Below, piece by piece: positions 58,793 through 64,000 of a stretch of 64,000 nt of DNA. The notes under the pieces are model-generated. The model worked only from the letters and a program-made list of their open reading frames with translations. It was not told the DNA's origin and ran no database searches. Origin of the DNA: Acidobacteriota bacterium (lineage in GTDB: Bacteria; Acidobacteriota; UBA6911); assembly GCA_012729555.1 (NCBI GenBank), contig JAAYCX010000051.1, positions 17,882 to 81,881 on the forward strand, in the 5' to 3' direction. Every line of letters begins with the position of its first letter. Positions within the stretch are counted from its first letter, which is position 1. Both the position numbers and the translations under genes were made by a program.

Positions 58793-59967
58793 CAGCGATC
58801 CTTCCCGACGACCGTGACCGGGTCGCCGTCCCGCAGCAGGTCGTTCCCCGCCGTGACCACCTCGGCGCCGGGCGCCAGATCCCCGCCGGTGATTTCCACC
58901 CAACCGTCCGTCTCGAGCCCCGTGGAGACCTCCACCAGGCGGGCCCGGTCGCCGTCGCGGACGAAGACCACCCGCCCGTCGGTCCGGGCCGTGAGCGCCT
59001 CCCTCGGGACCCCCGGCCCCTCCCGTTTCTCGAGGAGCACCTCCATCCGTGCGATCCTCCCGGGCACGATCCCGGCCGGGGGGTCCTGGATCAGGCAGCG
59101 GATTTCAAAGGTCCGCAGGTCGGAACTGACGGTCGGACTCTTGTAGGAAACGGCCCGGTTGCGCAGCACGGTGTCCCCCACGTGCACGTCCACCCGGGTC
59201 TTCCCCGGGGTGACGCGCGCGAAGGCTTCCTCGGGGAGAAAGGCCGACACCTCCACCGTGGAGAGGTCCTCGATCCGGAGCACGGGGGTCCCCGCCCCCG
59301 CCATCTCCCCCGGCTCGAGGAGCCGCCGCGTGACCACCCCTCCGATCGGGGCCGTGACCAGGGAGTCCCGGAGGTCCTTTTCGGTGATCGCCAGGTTCGT
59401 CCGGGCCTGCTCCATCCTCTTCCGGGCCAGGTCCACGGCTATCCCGGCGTGCTTTTTCGCCGCCTCCATCTGCAAAAAGTGCGACTCCCTCGCCTCGAAG
59501 GCGCTGGCCGTCACCGCCTTGTCCTGCTCGTACAACCGCCGGAAGCGCTCGTAGTCCAGTTTGACCTTGTCGTAGTCCGCCTCGACCTGCTCCTGGTTGG
59601 CCTGCCGCTCGAGCACGCCGTATTCCGCGACGGCCAGTTCCTGCCGCGCCGCCTCCACCGCCTTCCCCAGTTTCAGGGCGTCGGTCTGGAACAGGCGCGT
59701 CTCCCCCGCCGTCACCCGGTCCCCCTCGTCGACGAAGATGGCGTCCAGGGTCCCCGGGATGCGGGCGGAAACGAGCGCCTCCCGCTTGACCTGGACATCG
59801 CCCGACGGCGAGAGGACCGAGAGAAACGTCCTCTGCCGCACGGTTTCCACCCGGACGCTTTTCGTCCCCGCCGGCGCCGGCGGCTTTTCCCCGCCCCCCC
59901 GGCAAGCGGGGAGGAGGAGCGCCAGCACGAGCGCGGCGATCGAAGCGTAACCCTTTCCCTGTTTCAT
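58792..59967 (-). CDS. RND efflux periplasmic adaptor (MFP, lipoprotein)
   Basis: Lipobox LLLPACRG. HlyD/AcrA-like lipoyl and beta-barrel segments. TGATG overlap with the permease. Confidence 0.8.
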   Translation of the reverse strand: MKQGKGYASIAALVLALLLPACRGGGEKPPAPAGTKSVRVETVRQRTFLSVLSPSGDVQVKREALVSARIPGTLDAIFVDEGDRVTAGETRLFQTDALKLGKAVEAARQELAVAEYGVLERQANQEQVEADYDKVKLDYERFRRLYEQDKAVTASAFEARESHFLQMEAAKKHAGIAVDLARKRMEQARTNLAITEKDLRDSLVTAPIGGVVTRRLLEPGEMAGAGTPVLRIEDLSTVEVSAFLPEEAFARVTPGKTRVDVHVGDTVLRNRAVSYKSPTVSSDLRTFEIRCLIQDPPAGIVPGRIARMEVLLEKREGPGVPREALTARTDGRVVFVRDGDRARLVEVSTGLETDGWVEITGGDLAPGAEVVTAGNDLLRDGDPVTVVGKDR

Positions 59968-59968
59968 A

Positions 59969-61369
59969 TCACGGTTCCTTTGGGGTTCGGCCCAGCACGT
60001 CGCCGAGCGTGGCCAGCGCCACCTGCCGCTGGAAACCGGCCATCGACCGGATGAAGCCGGCGCGTTCCTTTTCCGTCACCGCGTCCAGCAGCTCGGAAAA
60101 CTGAATCATCCCCTCGTCCCACAGCGCCCGGGACTCCCGCAGGCGCTCCTCGGCCGTTTCCAGGTTCTTCGATGCCACGGCCGCGTAATCGGCGGCCTGG
60201 TCCACGCGGTGGCGCGCCCGGAGCACTTCGAGCAGGATCGCCATGCACCGCTGCTCGCGCCTGACGAACGCCTCCTTCTCCCGCTCCCGCGCGGCCCGGT
60301 ACCCGAACAGGTTCCGGAAACCGTCGAAGGCGGAGAGGACGGCGCCGACGCCGTAGGTCCAGACGTTGGAATACACGAGAAACGAATCGCTGCTGTGGGT
60401 GAAGCTCCCCAGGCCCGCCACGCGCGGGAGGAAGGCGGCCAGCGCGGTCTGCACCTCCCGCTTCCGGATCTCGAGGGTGCGGTCGTCGACGTGGAGTTCC
60501 AGGCGGCGGGTGAGTGCTTCCAGGGCGTCCTCCTCGAGCGACCGCCGCTCGAAGGGGAGGAACGGGGCCTGGCGCACGAGCTCGATCTTCCCGAAGGGGT
60601 CGAGCCCCATGGCGACCATGAGTTCCGCCCGGGTCTCGGCGAGCAGGCGCCGGACGTTGTCGCGCGCGATGGTGCTCTCGAGCAGGAGCGTCTCCACCTC
60701 CTGGCGCTGGGAGGGGAGGGCCAGCCCCTCCCGTTCGAACGCCCGGGTCTCCCGGAGCAGCGCCTCGACGTTCTCGATGGTCACGCCGAGATATTTCTCC
60801 GCGTCCCCGAGGGTGAGGACGGCGAAGTAGAGCGTCGCCACCTGCAGCGAAATCATCTGGCGGGCCCGGTCGCGCAGCAGGGAGCTGATCTCCTCCCCCC
60901 GCCCGCGGATGTCGTACAGGAGCCACGCCTGGGGGAGGAACACCGCCTGCTGCACCTCGATCTCCGTCTGGTGGATCCGCTGGTCGGACAGCTGGACCAC
61001 CCCCCCCCCGGTCCGCCGCAGCTGCGGGTTGTCCGTCCCGGAGTAGCCGAAACGGAACTCGATCTGGGGGAGGAACAAGCCGAAAGCGGCCTTCCGGTCG
61101 AGCGTGGCCAGCCGCCGCCCGATCTCCGCGACCCGGAGGTCCAGGTTGTTGTCGAGCGCGATCCGCACACACTCCAGCGCCGTCAGCGGCCGCTCGGGGA
61201 GAACGGCCGCCGTTTTTGCCTGCAGCCCGGGATGAAAGACCGCCGCGTGCTCGACCCGGGACACCCTCGGGCCGCAGCCCGGGGCGACGAGAAGAAGGCC
61301 CAGAAGTGCCGCAACGGGGAGGAACCGGCGGGCGGTCCCTCCCATGAGATTGGTCGTTTCAGAATTCAT
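59969..61369 (-). CDS. TolC-family outer-membrane efflux lipoprotein
   Basis: Lipobox LLVAPGCG. Two OEP repeats. First gene of the tripartite efflux operon. Confidence 0.75.
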   Translation of the reverse strand: MNSETTNLMGGTARRFLPVAALLGLLLVAPGCGPRVSRVEHAAVFHPGLQAKTAAVLPERPLTALECVRIALDNNLDLRVAEIGRRLATLDRKAAFGLFLPQIEFRFGYSGTDNPQLRRTGGGVVQLSDQRIHQTEIEVQQAVFLPQAWLLYDIRGRGEEISSLLRDRARQMISLQVATLYFAVLTLGDAEKYLGVTIENVEALLRETRAFEREGLALPSQRQEVETLLLESTIARDNVRRLLAETRAELMVAMGLDPFGKIELVRQAPFLPFERRSLEEDALEALTRRLELHVDDRTLEIRKREVQTALAAFLPRVAGLGSFTHSSDSFLVYSNVWTYGVGAVLSAFDGFRNLFGYRAAREREKEAFVRREQRCMAILLEVLRARHRVDQAADYAAVASKNLETAEERLRESRALWDEGMIQFSELLDAVTEKERAGFIRSMAGFQRQVALATLGDVLGRTPKEP

Positions 61370-61456
61370 GCCGCATCCGCCGCTCCACCGGGGGAAAAGG
61401 TACCCCCCCGCGCGCCCGAAGTAAAGAACCGGCGCGTTCCGGCCGGCGGTTCCAGG

Positions 61457-62029
61457 TTACCAGGCCTTCGGGTTGCCGCCCGGGGAGATCCAGTCGGCCA
61501 CCTGCTCGTTGTAGATGACGCGTTTGCTGAAGAGCCACTGGCCGTCCACCTTGACCATCTCGTCCTCGTAGTGCCCGTAGGAATCGATCTGTGCCTTCCG
61601 CTCCGGGTTGTTGTTCCCGTAATGGAACCAGTAGGCCTTCCCCACCGCCCGGTCGCCGTCGACCTTGATCACGATGTTGGTGATGTTGTGCCGCCCCGTC
61701 GGGGGGTAGGAGCCCTGGACAGCCTCCGCCGTGGGATCGAACACGTTCTGGGCCTCTTCGATCTTCTTGCGGATCTCGGCGCGCCCCTTGGCCTGGTAGG
61801 CGATGATGTCGAGCACCCCGTCCTCGGTGAAGGTGGAGACGTAGGTGTCCAGGTCGGACGAGTCGAGCGCGAACAGGTAACGGGCCTGCAGGTCCTCGAT
61901 CTGGGCGCGGTCCTCGGCGTAACTGCCGGCCGCTTTCGTCCCCGCGGTGTCGGCGGGGGTGCAGGAGAGGGTCAGAAGCAGGCAGGCGGCCAGGGCGGCG
62001 CCGGTCCATCCGGTCAGTGTTCCCTTCAT
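61457..62029 (-). CDS. NTF2/SnoaL-like fold lipoprotein
   Basis: Lipobox LLTLSCT. Size and hydrophobic pattern (DGVLDIIAY...GKAYWFHY...DGQWLFSKRV) typical of NTF2-like proteins. Lies 46 nt downstream of the paralog lipoprotein gene. Confidence 0.5.
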   Translation of the reverse strand: MKGTLTGWTGAALAACLLLTLSCTPADTAGTKAAGSYAEDRAQIEDLQARYLFALDSSDLDTYVSTFTEDGVLDIIAYQAKGRAEIRKKIEEAQNVFDPTAEAVQGSYPPTGRHNITNIVIKVDGDRAVGKAYWFHYGNNNPERKAQIDSYGHYEDEMVKVDGQWLFSKRVIYNEQVADWISPGGNPKAW

Positions 62030-62075
62030 GGTGTCCTCCAGTGGCTCAAACGGTTGTCCTTGAGACCCTCCCGGG

Positions 62076-63092
62076 CTATTCCCAACCCGTTCGGGTTCCG
62101 TATGGAAGGACGAGGCCGGTGGCCTCGATGTCGTAGATCTTCCCCTTCCGGATCTTGAAAATGTGAATGGCGGGCATGTTGAAGGTCCCCTGGTAGGCGG
62201 GGACGCTCGTCACCCCGGGGACCCCCTTGAGCTCCATCGTCTTGAGCTTGCTGTCGTGGTAGAGGTTGGAAAAACCGACGGCCAGCCCTTTCTGTTCGTC
62301 GATGACGAGCAACCGCCGGTTGCGGATCTCGGAGATGTAGGCCCACACCCCGGCCGTGATCTGCTCCTCGCACGTGTTGGGCACGGCCGCCAGCGCCCGG
62401 GCCAGCTTCATCATCTCGGGGTCGGCCGCCCCCGGGGGGGGGAACTGCGGGGCGTCGGCCGCGGGCTTGGCCGCTTCCCGTTTCCCCCCTACCGAGGTGG
62501 CCCCGTTCTCGCGCCGCTCGCACTCCCGGGCGAAGGGAGCCAGCGTGCCGTCCTCCCCCGTGAGCGCGTCGTAGTAGGCGAGCCCGATGTCGAGCATCCG
62601 CGCCCGTGGGGTCCGCTCCTCGGGCGCCAGGTCCTCGACCAGGCCGGGGCGCGGCTTCCGGAGGTTCTGCATGGAGTGGAGCTGGTCCTGCCGGACGACA
62701 TGATGCTCGGCTTCCGAGACCTTTCCCCGGCGCAGGGCCAGCCGGACCCCGAGGAGGACGTCCTCCCTGCCGTTCTCCTTCATCATGACCAGGGCCGCCA
62801 CCTGCTGCGCGACCGGGTCGGCGGCGTAGACCTGGAACTCTTCGGGCCCGCCCGAGGCCGTGACCCACAACCCGTACCCGACCGGGATGTCCGCCGTGTT
62901 CTCGGTGAACTTGACCTCCTTGTCGAACGGCACCTTCCCGGGATCGTGAGCGACCAGGGCGGAGAGGTACTGTTTCATCACGTCGACCAGGCACTGCCGG
63001 TCGCAGGTCTCGGCAGCGCCGAGCAGGCCGGGAACGGCCAGAACGGCGGCCAGGGCCGCAATCCACAGGGTACCGGGGCGTTGCATGCTCAT
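62076..63092 (-). CDS. single-domain paralog of the tandem-repeat lipoprotein family (see 15790-17613)
   Basis: Signal peptide. Same domain as the tandem copies (APFARECERRENG, PAIHIFKIRKGKIYDIEA, C-terminal GWE). Start at MSMQRP (ATG 63092). Confidence 0.7.
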   Translation of the reverse strand: MSMQRPGTLWIAALAAVLAVPGLLGAAETCDRQCLVDVMKQYLSALVAHDPGKVPFDKEVKFTENTADIPVGYGLWVTASGGPEEFQVYAADPVAQQVAALVMMKENGREDVLLGVRLALRRGKVSEAEHHVVRQDQLHSMQNLRKPRPGLVEDLAPEERTPRARMLDIGLAYYDALTGEDGTLAPFARECERRENGATSVGGKREAAKPAADAPQFPPPGAADPEMMKLARALAAVPNTCEEQITAGVWAYISEIRNRRLLVIDEQKGLAVGFSNLYHDSKLKTMELKGVPGVTSVPAYQGTFNMPAIHIFKIRKGKIYDIEATGLVLPYGTRTGWE

Positions 63093-63236
63093 CGTGTCTC
63101 CCTTCGGTCTGTCTGGACAAAAGCGCGCGCTACGGCAAAATAGTTGAAGCCGGCTTCCGGAAGCGCGTATTCTATCACGCATGCAGCCGGCCGGGATTCA
63201 AATATTGTTCGCCCGGCCTGGGAGGACGCCGCCCCC

Positions 63237-64000
63237 ATGAAACCCGGAACCCCCATCGATCGCAGGGAATTTCTCCTCTCATCCGGGCTCGCCCTCGCAC
63301 TCCCCGCCCTCTCTCGGGCACGGGATGAGGCCCCCGCGGGGTGGGAGTCCGTCCCCGGCACCCTTTCCCGCATCCGCCCCCCGCTCTTCCCCGACCGTGA
63401 TTTCACCATCACCGGCTACGGCGCCCGGGACGACGGCCGCACCGATTGCACCGACGCCATCGCCCGGGCCGTCGCCGCCTGCCACGGGGCCGGGGGCGGA
63501 CGCGTCCTCGTCCCGGCGGGCGCCTTCCTGACGGGCCCGATCCATCTCAGAAGCGGCGTCGACCTCCACCTGGCCGCGGACGCGCACCTCCGCTTCGACA
63601 CCGACCCGCGCCGCTACCTCCCCGTGGTTCCTACCCGCTGGGAAGGGGTGGAGTGCATGAACTATTCCCCCCTGGTATACGCCCTCGGCCAGGAAAACAT
63701 CGCCGTCACCGGCCCCGGCGTCCTGGACGGGCAGGCGGACCACGAACACTGGTGGCCCTGGTGCGGCAGCCCCCTCTTCGGCGCCCGCGCGGGGGCGCCC
63801 CACCAGGCGCCCGCCCGCCGCGAACTGTTCCGGATGGGGGATGAGGACGTCCCGGTCGCGCGCCGCGTCTTCGGAGAAGGGGGCTTCCTGCGCCCCGGCT
63901 TCCTCCAGTTCTACCGCTGCCGCAATGTCCTGCTGGAGGGGGTGACGGTGCGCCGCGCGCCGATGTGGCAGATCCACCCCGTCCTCTGCACCAACGTGAC
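63237..64000 (+). CDS. Tat-exported glycoside hydrolase family 28-like protein (pectin lyase fold), 3'-truncated by the window edge
   Basis: Twin-arginine DRREFLLSSGLALALPAL. GH28-type N-terminus (FTITGYGARDDGRTDCTDAIARAVAAC...GGRVLVPAGAFLTGPIHLRSGVDLHL). Frame open to the end of the window. Confidence 0.6.
   Translation, partial: MKPGTPIDRREFLLSSGLALALPALSRARDEAPAGWESVPGTLSRIRPPLFPDRDFTITGYGARDDGRTDCTDAIARAVAACHGAGGGRVLVPAGAFLTGPIHLRSGVDLHLAADAHLRFDTDPRRYLPVVPTRWEGVECMNYSPLVYALGQENIAVTGPGVLDGQADHEHWWPWCGSPLFGARAGAPHQAPARRELFRMGDEDVPVARRVFGEGGFLRPGFLQFYRCRNVLLEGVTVRRAPMWQIHPVLCTNV

Overview
This window is high-GC (roughly 65-70% by eye) bacterial chromosomal DNA with dense coding on both strands. 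Multihaem cytochrome c, an AOR-family oxidoreductase, DsrE and a sigma-54 regulator suggest an anaerobic or metal-respiring lifestyle, but the lineage cannot be named from sequence alone.

Left third (1-24 kb): ECF sigma/anti-sigma pair, pseudouridine synthase, MscS channel, cysE, glgP, YjbQ, a sensor kinase plus sigma-54 (NtrC-type) response regulator divergent from a Tat-signal ferredoxin plus AOR-family oxidoreductase pair (YdhX/YdhV-like), a lipoprotein built from two tandem copies of a ~300-aa domain (a third copy sits near 62 kb), an exported metzincin/TIG/PPC operon, pgi and an MFS transporter.

Middle (24-49 kb): two paralogous modules in which a small ORF ends at an in-frame TGA immediately followed by G-S-C or P-G-C and continues in the same frame into a conserved ~415-445-aa domain. 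I read these as candidate UxxC selenoproteins, and they are the highlight of the window. Between them lies a tRNA-Arg(ACG) followed by an accessory block: HigBA, an HMA protein, CusCBA-type efflux, DsrE, an ArsR-rhodanese regulator, a nine-haem cytochrome c lipoprotein, a PDZ protein, RelBE and a DUF6883/DUF4926 pair. That block ends at a degenerate copy of the tRNA 3' end, followed by a low-GC segment flanked by 168-bp direct repeats of an aldehyde dehydrogenase 3' end. Further right is an overlapping Sir2-macrodomain pair, two tandem SDR genes and a DNA-repair-type radical SAM gene.

Right (49-64 kb): a MoaF/PadC-like protein, a DUF47-Pit phosphate transporter pair, an HD-domain protein, a tripartite RND efflux operon, an NTF2-like lipoprotein, the single-domain paralog of the tandem lipoprotein, and a 5'-partial Tat-exported GH28-like hydrolase.

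Many long ORFs in the six-frame track are antisense artefacts of the high GC content.
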